Assembly: GCA_963801355.1 (NCBI GenBank) | Contig: CAWDEM010000008.1 | Location: 2,624,001 to 2,688,000, forward strand | Direction: 5' to 3' | Origin: Ignavibacteriota bacterium | GTDB lineage: Bacteria; Bacteroidota; Ignavibacteria; UBA10030; UBA6906 | DNA length: 64,000 bases | Shown here: positions 1 to 9,083 of the stretch, piece after piece | How positions within the stretch are numbered: position 1 is the first letter of the stretch | How the letters are laid out: each line of letters starts with the position of its first letter | Position numbers and translations under genes: made by a program | Notes under the pieces: model-generated | The model's input: only the letters and a program-made list of their open reading frames with translations | Databases searched by the model: none | What the model was told of the DNA's origin: nothing

Positions 1-1071
1 GTAGCGCTCGAAAACTCTTGCGGCCACCTCACCCTCTGTGCAGCCAACCCCGGAGATGTCGGCGGGCAGACAATGCATGTACAGCGCCTTCCCCTCCCTT
101 GTCGACGCCATTTTCTTTTCATCGCATTCCCATGACCGATGGCGGGCGTTTTCCGCAAGGCACCGGCCCTCCAGTGCTGCAAGTCCCGTGCGGTCTCCTT
201 TCTGCAGCAAGCCTGTGCGCTCCTGCATCACGTGGAATGAGGCCCAGGATTTCGGATACACTACATCCGCGCCGGCAAAGGCTTCTTCCATGGAGTGGCT
301 GACCGTCAACGATCCCCCACTCGCCTTTGCCTGCCTGCGGGCGCGCTCCACGACGTCGGGAATCAACTCGTATCCTTCGGGATACGCGAGCGACACATCC
401 ATGCCGAACCGCGTCAGGAGGCCGATGATCCCCTGCGGCACCGAGAGCGGCTTGCCGTAACTCGGCGAGTACGCCCAGGTCATCGCGATCTTTTTGCCGC
501 GCAGCGACTCCAGCGATCCAAAGCAGGTCTTCAACTGCATCAGATCCGCCAGCGTCTGCGTCGGATGGTCAATATCGCACTGCAGGTTGATGATACTCGG
601 CCGTTGATGCAGCACGCCCTGCGCATACCCTTCTTCCACAGCAGCACCGACCTCGCGCATATACCTGTTTCCCTCTCCGAGATACATGTCATCCCGGATG
701 CCGATGACTTCAGCCAGAAACGAAATCATATTTGCGGTCTCACGCACAGTTTCCCCATGTGCGATCTGCGACTTCACTTCGTCGAGTTCTGCAAGACCCA
801 GCCCGAGAGCATTTGCCGCCGAAGCGAAGCTGAACCGCGTCCGCGTGGAGTTGTCCCGGAATATGGAAATTGCGAGACCGGTATCGAACACCCGGCAGGA
901 TTTTCCCTGCCGGTGGAGTTCTTTCAAGCAGTCGGCAACGGTGATGACCGCCCGCAACTCGTCGTCCGTGTGATCCCACGTGAGCAGGAAATCCTTGTGA
1001 AAAAGGGCGGGGTGAACGGATGCAAGTTCGGCGATGTAGTCAGGCATGAGTTGTTCCTGATGATGAGGCAT
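1..1071 (-). CDS. ygeW: Knotted carbamoyltransferase YgeW (3' end runs off the window)
   Basis: Not in the ORF track because it has no stop in the window. Manual translation from ATG 1071 gives DFLLTW, FRDNSTRTRFSFASA, HGETVRETANMISF, NLQCDIDHPTQ and LYMHCLPADISG, all YgeW-type transcarbamylase motifs. Confidence 0.93.
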   Translation of the reverse strand, partial: MPHHQEQLMPDYIAELASVHPALFHKDFLLTWDHTDDELRAVITVADCLKELHRQGKSCRVFDTGLAISIFRDNSTRTRFSFASAANALGLGLAELDEVKSQIAHGETVRETANMISFLAEVIGIRDDMYLGEGNRYMREVGAAVEEGYAQGVLHQRPSIINLQCDIDHPTQTLADLMQLKTCFGSLESLRGKKIAMTWAYSPSYGKPLSVPQGIIGLLTRFGMDVSLAYPEGYELIPDVVERARRQAKASGGSLTVSHSMEEAFAGADVVYPKSWASFHVMQERTGLLQKGDRTGLAALEGRCLAENARHRSWECDEKKMASTREGKALYMHCLPADISGVGCTEGEVAARVFERY

Positions 1072-1081
1072 GGGTCTGCAT

Positions 1082-1573
1082 TCAGGGTTGAGGGTGAAGG
1101 GTCCGGGGAGCGGCCTCATAGAAAACGGCAGCGGCTTCGATCGCATCCACGATTTGCTGGTAGCCGGTACACCGGCAGAGGTTGGAGTAGATTGCCCGGC
1201 GGATCTCCCCCCGCGAAGGACGCGGATTGTGCAGGAGGAATGCGTGGGCGGTCAATACCATTCCCGGCGTGCAGAAGCCGCACTGGATCGCCCCGGCGTC
1301 GATAAATGCCTGCTGCAGCGGATGGAGTCCGCCGTCGATGCCCTTCAGCCCTTCAATGGTCAGCACCCGATGTCCGGCGATATCCTGTACCTGTTTGGTG
1401 CAGATACGCATGGGCTGCTCATCAACCAGCAGCGTGCATGCGCCGCAGGCACCGATGTCGCAGGCATTCTTGACTCCCGTCAAATCAAGATCCTCGCGGA
1501 GGAATTCAATAAGACGCTTTGTGCGCTGATGCTCGCTGACGGGATACTCGGTGCCGTTGACGGTGATGGTCAT
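1082..1573 (-). CDS. Xanthine dehydrogenase family (2Fe-2S)-binding small subunit (XdhC/CoxS-like)
   Basis: GVKNACDIGACGACT, QCGFCTPG and NLCRCTGY. Start re-called at MTITVNG (ATG 1573), immediately after the Mo-subunit stop. Confidence 0.93.
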   Translation of the reverse strand: MTITVNGTEYPVSEHQRTKRLIEFLREDLDLTGVKNACDIGACGACTLLVDEQPMRICTKQVQDIAGHRVLTIEGLKGIDGGLHPLQQAFIDAGAIQCGFCTPGMVLTAHAFLLHNPRPSRGEIRRAIYSNLCRCTGYQQIVDAIEAAAVFYEAAPRTLHPQP

Positions 1574-1574
1574 G

Positions 1575-3866
1575 CTATCCTCCGACACTCGTGGATGCCG
1601 GTGCATGCGCGGATGACCCAGCGGGACGGATGGGCAGGCGGTGATAACGGACGCCGGTGGCGTTAAAAATCGCATTTGCCACCGCGGGCGCCATGAGCTC
1701 GTTTGTCGGTTCGCCGATGCTCTTTGCCCCCGAAGGGGAATTGGGATCGGGGTTCTCCACGATGATGGCGCGCATTTCGGGCATGTCCAGCGAGCGGGGA
1801 ATGCGGTAGGTATTGAGATTGGTATTGACAATCTTTCCGCCATCCAGGATGAGTTCTTCGTGCAGGGCATAGCCGATGCCCATTGCCATGCCGCCGAAGA
1901 ACTGCCCTTCAATCATCTCGCGATTTACCGCCCGACCGACATCATGGGCCGCAATGGCATTCAACAACCTCACCTTCCCGGATGTGCGATTGACCGTCAG
2001 CTCCACCGCCTGGCATCCGTACACCCATGTGAAATACGCTTTCCCCTGACCGTGCTCTTCATCCCATGAAACAGCAGGTGCCTGGAAGACGCCGAACGCG
2101 TGCGGAAATTGCTGCCTGCGGAACATTTCGGTCACGGTTTCATCAAAGGTCACCGACCGCCCGTTTCCTTCGACCGTCAAGCGCTCCTCGCGGAACTCGA
2201 TGTGTTCGGGACTGCATTGCAGCATCAACGCTGCCACGCCCGCCATTCTCCGGTGGAGGTCCCGGGCCGCAAGGGTCACAGCGCCACCTCCCATGATCGT
2301 CCCGCGTGAGGCAACAGTCGTCCCGCTGTCCGGGATAACCGAGGTGGAGGAACGTCGGTAGTGAATGCGCTCCCTGCGGATGCCGAGCTCCTTCGCGGCC
2401 AGCAGCACCATGGCGCTCTCCGCACCCTGCCCGTTTTCATGGACCCCGGTTTCCACGAGAACGGACCCGTCGGCCTGCACATTGATCATCGCGGCACAGA
2501 AATCCACTCCTTCCGCACCCAGGCTCACACCGCGGTAGCTCATGGCAAGTCCGACGCCGTACTGCTCTTCCTCATCTGCCTTGCCGTATGTGCAGCGTGC
2601 CAGCTTGGCTTCATAGTCGAATTCCTTTACGACGGTGTCAAGCACCTGCCTCATCGCCACCGTGTGATCATCCAGCTCCTGTCCCGTGATGGTCACGCTT
2701 CCCTGTTTCACCATGTTTTTCCGGCGGACATCAAGCGCGGGCATGTGCAGCCGGTCGGCAGCGATTTCAATCAAGGAATCCACCGCGAAATTTATCTGGG
2801 GAGATCCAAATCCCCGCATTGCGCCGGTGACGACGTTGTTGGTGTACACAGCGGTCGTGTCGCACTGTACATTGGGAACAACGTAGGGACCACAGCATTG
2901 GACCGTGGATCTCCAGGTCACCCACGGTGTCACCGAGCAGTATGCACCGGCATCTGCAACGATCCGGCAGCGCACCGCATTGATCATGCCGTCACGCGTC
3001 AGGCCCATGGTGTACGATATCCGGTAGGGATGCCGCTTATAGCTCTCCCGGATTGACCAATCACGCCGGTACATCAGCTTGACCGGAACACCGGTGATAC
3101 TTGCCGCAAGCGCCGCACGGGCGCAGACGATGGCCGCAGTATCATCCTTCCCTCCGAACCCTCCACCCATGGGGGTGCCGATCACCTCCACGCGCGCAAG
3201 CGGCATCCCCAGCAGTGCCGACACAACACGGCGCGTGCTGAAGGGGTGTTGCATGCTTCCATACACCTCCATTACACCGTCATCGCGCTGCCGGCACACC
3301 GCCACTTCGGGTTCCATATATGCGTGTTCGACACACTGGGTCTCAAAATGCTCCTCGAGCACGAGATCGGAACAGCGGAGCCCCTCGTCGACATCGCCCC
3401 GGCGGACCCGGTGGGTATTCACGACGTTTGTCCCGTGTGCCTCGTGGACCAGCGGAGAACCATCACGCAGAGCGTCCTCAGGATCGAGAACAGCCGGCAA
3501 CGGTTCGGCCTCAACGCGCACCAGGCCGGCCGCCTTGATCGCCTCGTCACGGGTTCGTGCAACGACGAGCGCCACAACATCTCCATGATAGCGGATCTTG
3601 TCGTCGGCGAACACCCGGAAGTCGTGGACAATCTGGCCGACCCTGTTGGACCCGGGGACATCCCGCGCGGTCAGAACGCGGACAACGCCCGCGGCACGCT
3701 CGGCTGCATCCGTATGCACTGCGATCAGCCGGGCATGGACAAAGTCTGTATACACCGGCGCTGCATGCAGCATATTGACGAACTTCAGGTCGTCAGTGTA
3801 CTTCGTCCGTCCTGTGACCTTGGCAATGGCATCATTCCGCCATGCACGCCGGTCTACGTCGGCCAT
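1575..3866 (-). CDS. Xanthine dehydrogenase family molybdopterin-binding subunit
   Basis: AKVTG..YTDD, GGGFGGK, AMRGFGSPQ, ENGQG, GTTVASRG and GAKSIGEP motifs; 763 aa. Confidence 0.93.
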   Translation of the reverse strand: MADVDRRAWRNDAIAKVTGRTKYTDDLKFVNMLHAAPVYTDFVHARLIAVHTDAAERAAGVVRVLTARDVPGSNRVGQIVHDFRVFADDKIRYHGDVVALVVARTRDEAIKAAGLVRVEAEPLPAVLDPEDALRDGSPLVHEAHGTNVVNTHRVRRGDVDEGLRCSDLVLEEHFETQCVEHAYMEPEVAVCRQRDDGVMEVYGSMQHPFSTRRVVSALLGMPLARVEVIGTPMGGGFGGKDDTAAIVCARAALAASITGVPVKLMYRRDWSIRESYKRHPYRISYTMGLTRDGMINAVRCRIVADAGAYCSVTPWVTWRSTVQCCGPYVVPNVQCDTTAVYTNNVVTGAMRGFGSPQINFAVDSLIEIAADRLHMPALDVRRKNMVKQGSVTITGQELDDHTVAMRQVLDTVVKEFDYEAKLARCTYGKADEEEQYGVGLAMSYRGVSLGAEGVDFCAAMINVQADGSVLVETGVHENGQGAESAMVLLAAKELGIRRERIHYRRSSTSVIPDSGTTVASRGTIMGGGAVTLAARDLHRRMAGVAALMLQCSPEHIEFREERLTVEGNGRSVTFDETVTEMFRRQQFPHAFGVFQAPAVSWDEEHGQGKAYFTWVYGCQAVELTVNRTSGKVRLLNAIAAHDVGRAVNREMIEGQFFGGMAMGIGYALHEELILDGGKIVNTNLNTYRIPRSLDMPEMRAIIVENPDPNSPSGAKSIGEPTNELMAPAVANAIFNATGVRYHRLPIRPAGSSAHAPASTSVGG

Positions 3867-5203
3867 AAGGTCCTCCCTCTCCGCTCGCCGGGATTGCGAA
3901 GCGTTCCCTGCCCCGCAACCTCCTGACCGCGAAGAAACACATGTTCGAAACGCAACCGGGAAGACATACCGGGGAACGTTTCATGCACGTCAGCCAGTGA
4001 TGACCGCACGGGTTGTGCGGTCGCCGAGATTCTGCAGATGGCAAGGTCCGCATCTGCACCGGGTTGAATGACACCCTTGCGTGGATACACCCCCAGAAGT
4101 CGCGCAGGATTCGCCGAGACCCGGCGTGCCACTTCCAGCATCGGATCATGGCCGCTTTCCGCAAAAAGGGCGAACACCAAGTGAGGCAACGCTCCGATTC
4201 CGGCGAGGCCCTGGGGAACTTCACGCATCGACGCCGGGTGCCCGTCCTTGTCGCTCCGCACAAATGCGCAATGATCCGTCGCAAAGAGATCGATTGCCCC
4301 CTGTATTGCCAACGCTGCCATGTCTGCCCGCATCTGCGGACTCCTGAGCGGCGGTGAGCAAATCCACCTGTGCCCATCCTGGCGTTCCAGCCATGTCTCG
4401 TCAAGGAACACATAGTGAGGAGCGGTCTCGCAGCTCACGCGCACGGACGCCCGCGCGTCCTGGATCAACGCAACGCCTTCCGGAGTCGAGACATGCACGA
4501 TGTGGACCGCCGCCTGCTGGCGTCCAGCGCGCTGCAGCACTTCCTGGATCGCAAGACATTCCGCCTGTGGCGGCCGCGATCGCGCATGGGCGATCGGATG
4601 CCGCCACTCCTCAACCGGGAGCCGGATGGCCGCAAGCGCTGCATCGTCTTCGCAGTGAATGAGAAATTGCACTCCCCGGCCCCCCAGTCTCGCGAAAATC
4701 CGCTCGAGCTGATCATAGTCGGAAAAAATGCCTGCGCCTTTGTATGTCGTGTAGAATTTGAACAGACGGAACCCCTGTTCGATCAGCCGATCGATGGCAT
4801 TCCACCCCTCACGGTCGAACCGTGTGGGCGTGAGGTGCCACCAATAATCCGCATAACTCTCACCACGTGCCTTCTGTTGGGCTATGGCGACCGCCGACTC
4901 CAGCCGCACTCCGGCCGACTCAGTTACAAACGTCGCAATGGTGGTGATGCCGTTTTCCACCGCCACGCGTGTCCCCGAACGGTAATCATCGGCCAGCGCG
5001 CGGCCTCCGATGACATCCGCAATGTGCGTGTGCACGTCAATCAAACCGGGCAATACGTATGCACCCTCCGCCTCAACGATGTGATCCGCATCGGCGGCGA
5101 GCGCGTCGGCGACGTCGGCGATGCGAGCATCGCGCAGGAGGAGATCCGCACGCTGGATGCGGTCTTCGAAACAGACCAGGCCGTTGCGAATCAGTGTGCT
5201 CAT
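3854..5203 (-). CDS. Cyclic amidohydrolase (dihydropyrimidinase/hydantoinase, HyuA-like)
   Basis: PGLIDVHTH, FKFY (carbamylated Lys), HCED, HVST, ATDHC and KGVIQPGADADL. Confidence 0.88.
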   Translation of the reverse strand: MSTLIRNGLVCFEDRIQRADLLLRDARIADVADALAADADHIVEAEGAYVLPGLIDVHTHIADVIGGRALADDYRSGTRVAVENGITTIATFVTESAGVRLESAVAIAQQKARGESYADYWWHLTPTRFDREGWNAIDRLIEQGFRLFKFYTTYKGAGIFSDYDQLERIFARLGGRGVQFLIHCEDDAALAAIRLPVEEWRHPIAHARSRPPQAECLAIQEVLQRAGRQQAAVHIVHVSTPEGVALIQDARASVRVSCETAPHYVFLDETWLERQDGHRWICSPPLRSPQMRADMAALAIQGAIDLFATDHCAFVRSDKDGHPASMREVPQGLAGIGALPHLVFALFAESGHDPMLEVARRVSANPARLLGVYPRKGVIQPGADADLAICRISATAQPVRSSLADVHETFPGMSSRLRFEHVFLRGQEVAGQGTLRNPGERRGRTLWPT

Positions 5204-6432
5204 GAATGCAGATCCCGGAGAAATTTTCGAGCGGACTCGAGATCAGGCGGCACAGGAGCCGGTACGACGACGCCCCGCATTGCGGCGTCCACATCTTTCA
5301 GACCGTGTCCCGTGACGAGTAACACAATGGATGCATCCGGATCCACATGCTTGTCGGCAAGCTCCTTGCGCAGGCCCGCAACAGGTGCTGCAGCCGCCGG
5401 TTCGGCAAACACTCCTGTCGTTGATGCCAGGAGGCGCTGGGCGGTGAGTATTTCTTCATCGGTCACGGTCACCGTTCCGCCGCCGGATTCAAGAATGGCC
5501 TTGCGTGCAAGGTACGCGTTGCTCGGCGTGCGAACGGCTATGGAATCGGCAATGGTGGATGGTGATGGCGCATCGCTGTACGACCCGGTCTGCACAAACC
5601 TGTGGATAGCATCGGAGTGTTCCGCCTGGACCCCGAGCAGGCGCGGCAGCCGCTCGATGATGCCGGCCGCACGGAGATCAAGAAACGCCTTGTGGATGCC
5701 GGCGATGATGACCCCGTCACCGACGGGCACCACGATCAGATCCGGCACGGCGTTGCGGTTCTGTCTGAAGATCTCGAGCCCCGCGGTCTTCTTCCCCTCG
5801 ATGGTCAGCGGGTGATACGCCGTATTGCGATTGAGGCCGCCTTCCTCTGCCGAATACTCGAGTGAGAGTGCGAATGCGTCATCGTAGGACCCTTCCACCG
5901 GGACTACGGTCGCCCCGTACAGGATCATTTGTACCAGTTTCGGCCGGGGTGCGGACGCAGGTACGAAAATGACGGCCCGGAGTCCTGCAGATGCACAGAC
6001 CGCTGCAAGCGCGCTGGCGGCATTTCCCGTGGATGCAGTGACGATCTTCTTTTCACCGAGACGGCATGCCTCGGCCGCCACGAGAAATGATGCCCGGTCT
6101 TTCAACGATCCGCTCGGATTTACTGCATCGTTCTTGACATGCAGGTGAGCACACCGCAACGCTTCCGCAAGCCGCGGTACGGCAAGGAACGGCGTCTGGC
6201 CGACCGCCAGAGGGGGGAAATACTGGCGCTCAACCGGCAGGAACAGATCATCATCGGGCACCCGACTGTTTGCCGCCTCACAGAGCTCAACGGCATCAAA
6301 AACTACTTCGAGCACGCCCTGCAGTGGTATTCCTCTCCTGGACGCACGACCGCATGCGGGACAGAGGTAACGCACCTCATCACGCGCAAACGTCATGCCG
6401 CACAATGTGCAACGGTAGCGGAAGGGAATCAA
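5200..6432 (-). CDS. Threonine synthase-like fold-type II PLP enzyme
   Basis: N-terminal CxxC..CxxC, NPSGSLKDR (PLP Lys), ASTGNAA, EGKKT, VPVGDG and TGHGLKD. TTG start overlaps the ygeY stop. Confidence 0.85.
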   Translation of the reverse strand: MIPFRYRCTLCGMTFARDEVRYLCPACGRASRRGIPLQGVLEVVFDAVELCEAANSRVPDDDLFLPVERQYFPPLAVGQTPFLAVPRLAEALRCAHLHVKNDAVNPSGSLKDRASFLVAAEACRLGEKKIVTASTGNAASALAAVCASAGLRAVIFVPASAPRPKLVQMILYGATVVPVEGSYDDAFALSLEYSAEEGGLNRNTAYHPLTIEGKKTAGLEIFRQNRNAVPDLIVVPVGDGVIIAGIHKAFLDLRAAGIIERLPRLLGVQAEHSDAIHRFVQTGSYSDAPSPSTIADSIAVRTPSNAYLARKAILESGGGTVTVTDEEILTAQRLLASTTGVFAEPAAAAPVAGLRKELADKHVDPDASIVLLVTGHGLKDVDAAMRGVVVPAPVPPDLESARKFLRDLHS

Positions 6433-7634
6433 CGCAGTTCTCCTGACAATGTACCCACCAGGCCGGCGTAGAATGCCGCGGCCCGGGTCAGGTCGTCAAC
6501 AGGTGTTGCTTCGTTCGGCGCATGCGCGTACACTTCATTGCCCGGCCCCAACCCCAGACAGGGGATCCCGCAGATGCCGGCGATTGCCACACCGTTCGTG
6601 CTAAACGTCCACTTATCCACCACGGCCTCCCGCCCGAAGAGCTTCCTGTACGCCTGCGTGGCGGCCTCCAGGTGCGGTGAATTTCCGGGCATTGTCCATG
6701 TGGGATAGTATTTCTCCATCGGGTATACTTTCCCCGTGTACGCCGCCTCATGGTATGTCAGGAGCGAGACAACGGCATCCGCGACGCCGGCGGTGGCGGC
6801 GGCCGCCTGCACTTCCGCCACTGCGCTCTCTCTGGTTTCCCCTGCAGTCAACCGCCTGTCGAGATGAAGGCGTGCACCATCGGCGACGGCACACAACGAA
6901 GGCGACGAGGATACCACCTCGGTGACGGTCACTGTTCCCTTTCCCAGAAACGGGTCGGTGCGGAGCCTCTCATTGAGCCGCTCGATTTCCAGGGCAATCC
7001 GCGAAGCCTTGTAGATCGCATTGACGCCCCGCTCGGGCGCCGATCCATGGCAGCTGACACCATCGACGGACACATGCATCTCCATCCGTCCGCGATGTCC
7101 CCGGTAAATATTCATGTTTGTCGGCTCGGTAATCACCACGAGCTCGGGCCGGATGTTCTCCTCCCGGATCAAGTGAAGCCAGCACAGACCATCGCAGTCC
7201 TCCTCCATCACGGTGCCGGTACAGAGCACCGTCAGCTCCTTGCCGAGACCGAGTTCTTTGATCAACCGGGCGGCGGTGAGCATGCTGGCCATCCCCCCCT
7301 TCTGATCAACCGTACCCCGTCCCCACACTTTACCGCCCTCAACCTTTGGTGCGAAAGGATCGGTATGCCATTGATGCACATCGCCCGGATATACGGTGTC
7401 GACGTGCGCATCGAAGGCGATCACGCGCGGACCGTTGCCGATCCTGCCGATAATGCTGCCCAGGCCGTCGACGTCAATACTGTCGAAGCCGATCGACACC
7501 ATCATCTGTCTGATGACCTGGATGACGTCCTTCTCCTTTGACGAGAAGGAAGGTGTACGGACGAGGTCGCACAGCATGCGGACGGTCTCGTGTTCGTGGG
7601 CGCGTGCATGGTCAAGAATTGACAGGTAGGTCAT
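6429..7634 (-). CDS. ygeY: YgeY family M20 metallohydrolase
   Basis: FDAHVDTV, GRGTVDQKGG, EEDCDGLCW, GHRGRME, SCHGSAPERG, KWTFSTNGV and AHAPNE. Confidence 0.93.
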   Translation of the reverse strand: MTYLSILDHARAHEHETVRMLCDLVRTPSFSSKEKDVIQVIRQMMVSIGFDSIDVDGLGSIIGRIGNGPRVIAFDAHVDTVYPGDVHQWHTDPFAPKVEGGKVWGRGTVDQKGGMASMLTAARLIKELGLGKELTVLCTGTVMEEDCDGLCWLHLIREENIRPELVVITEPTNMNIYRGHRGRMEMHVSVDGVSCHGSAPERGVNAIYKASRIALEIERLNERLRTDPFLGKGTVTVTEVVSSSPSLCAVADGARLHLDRRLTAGETRESAVAEVQAAAATAGVADAVVSLLTYHEAAYTGKVYPMEKYYPTWTMPGNSPHLEAATQAYRKLFGREAVVDKWTFSTNGVAIAGICGIPCLGLGPGNEVYAHAPNEATPVDDLTRAAAFYAGLVGTLSGELR

Positions 7635-7640
7635 GGGAGC

Positions 7641-7720
7641 GTATGAACGTGTATGAAAGTGTAATAAGGTGTATTAAGGGTTACTAAAGTGTATGAAAGT
7701 GTATTCAGGCGTATGAAGTT
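7641..7720. repeat. Degenerate tandem repeat, 8 x 10 bp (consensus GTATGAAAGT)
   Basis: gtatgaacgt gtatgaaagt gtaataaggt gtattaaggg ttactaaagt gtatgaaagt gtattcaggc gtatgaagtt, lying between ssnA and ygeY. Confidence 0.9.
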
Positions 7721-7737
7721 GAACTGGTCGAGATCGC

Positions 7738-9081
7738 TCAGGTTAACTGTGTGAACCGGTCCCAGACGCGACGGGCGGATTCCCGTGCGTGGGCCATAAC
7801 TTCCTCTTCATCGATATCCATCATGAGTGCACCGTCTTTCATCAGTATTTCTCCACCGACAATGGTCGTCACGACTCGTCCTCCCATCATGCCGAAGACG
7901 AGGTGACCCGGCAACGATTCATCCGTCAAAGGCGTTGGCGGAGCATACTCAACAATTGCGATGTCTGCCAGAGCCCCTTCCCGGAGTGTGCCGAGATCCA
8001 TACCCCAGAGGCGGCTGACAATAGCGGGATTCCCCGACCAGAGAGCTGAAGTCAGTTCCGGAAATCCCACGGAAGGGTTGCCCTGTTTGTGCCGCTGCGA
8101 CCATATCCCGGCACGGAGTTCTTCGCGCATGTCGGCCGTCATCGCGTCAGTGCCGAGGCCGACCGTAATGCCCTGCTTCTGGCATGCTCCGACATCGGCG
8201 ATGCCGACGGCATTGTTGAGATTGGACTGTGGATTGTGCACCACCATCGTACCGGTGGAAGCAAGCAGGTCGCGTTCGGCATCGGACAGATGCACGCAGT
8301 GTGCGGCCACGCTCCCGGTGCCGAGCAGCCCGAACCGGTGAAGGCGTTCCACCACCCGGACACCGTGACGCTCACGCGTGATGCGCTGGTCGGCTTCTGA
8401 CTCCGCGACGTGCATGTGCACACCGCTCTGCGTCTCCTTCGCGGTGGCACCCGCAGCCTCGAGGGTCGATCCGGAAAGCGTGAAGGAAGCATGCAGGCCG
8501 AATAACCCGCGAACGCGATCGTGCGGCGTCTCCCGGCAGCGGCGCAGAAAGTCGCGGTTCTCCTCGATCCCTTGCCGCGCGGCTTCAATGCCGTCGCGGT
8601 CGGATACTTCGTAGCAGAGGCATGCACGCAGTCCCGTCGACAGAACCGCACGGCTGATGATCTCCAGCGAGCCACGAATCGCACAGGGGCTGGCATGATG
8701 GTCAATCAGCGTCGTTGTGCCGCTGCGGATCGCTGCAAGCAATGCAGGAAGCGCACTGTGATAACAGTCCTCAAGCGTCAAAGACTTGTCCAGCCGCCAC
8801 CAGAGGTTCTGGAGAATTCCCAGGAAATCCGCGGCAGGCCCCGCGGGCGTCAGGCCGCAGGCAAATGTGCTGTACAGATGTGTATGAGCGTTGATGAATC
8901 CCGGCAGGACGAGTTTTCCGGCAAGATCCATCGTGGGCACACCGTTCGCCGGAAACGAGAGGCGGGGCGCGATTCTGGCGATGCGCCCATCCTGTATGAG
9001 CAGGGCGTGCTCCGTGAGAACACGCGGCGGCTTGGCGGGATCGGCCAGGAGGCCGTTCACCAGAAGAAGTGATGATGGCAT
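7738..9081 (-). CDS. ssnA: SsnA-type amidohydrolase
   Basis: PGFINAHTHLYS, LWWRLDK, GTTTLIDHHASP, CYEVSDRDG, GLHASFT, HNPQSNLNNAVG and GLGTD. Start re-called at MPSSLLL (9081). Confidence 0.9.
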   Translation of the reverse strand: MPSSLLLVNGLLADPAKPPRVLTEHALLIQDGRIARIAPRLSFPANGVPTMDLAGKLVLPGFINAHTHLYSTFACGLTPAGPAADFLGILQNLWWRLDKSLTLEDCYHSALPALLAAIRSGTTTLIDHHASPCAIRGSLEIISRAVLSTGLRACLCYEVSDRDGIEAARQGIEENRDFLRRCRETPHDRVRGLFGLHASFTLSGSTLEAAGATAKETQSGVHMHVAESEADQRITRERHGVRVVERLHRFGLLGTGSVAAHCVHLSDAERDLLASTGTMVVHNPQSNLNNAVGIADVGACQKQGITVGLGTDAMTADMREELRAGIWSQRHKQGNPSVGFPELTSALWSGNPAIVSRLWGMDLGTLREGALADIAIVEYAPPTPLTDESLPGHLVFGMMGGRVVTTIVGGEILMKDGALMMDIDEEEVMAHARESARRVWDRFTQLT

Positions 9082-9083
9082 GG

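Noticed and set aside
7641-7720. Possible CRISPR array
   Set aside because: 10-bp units with no spacers, and no cas genes in the window.
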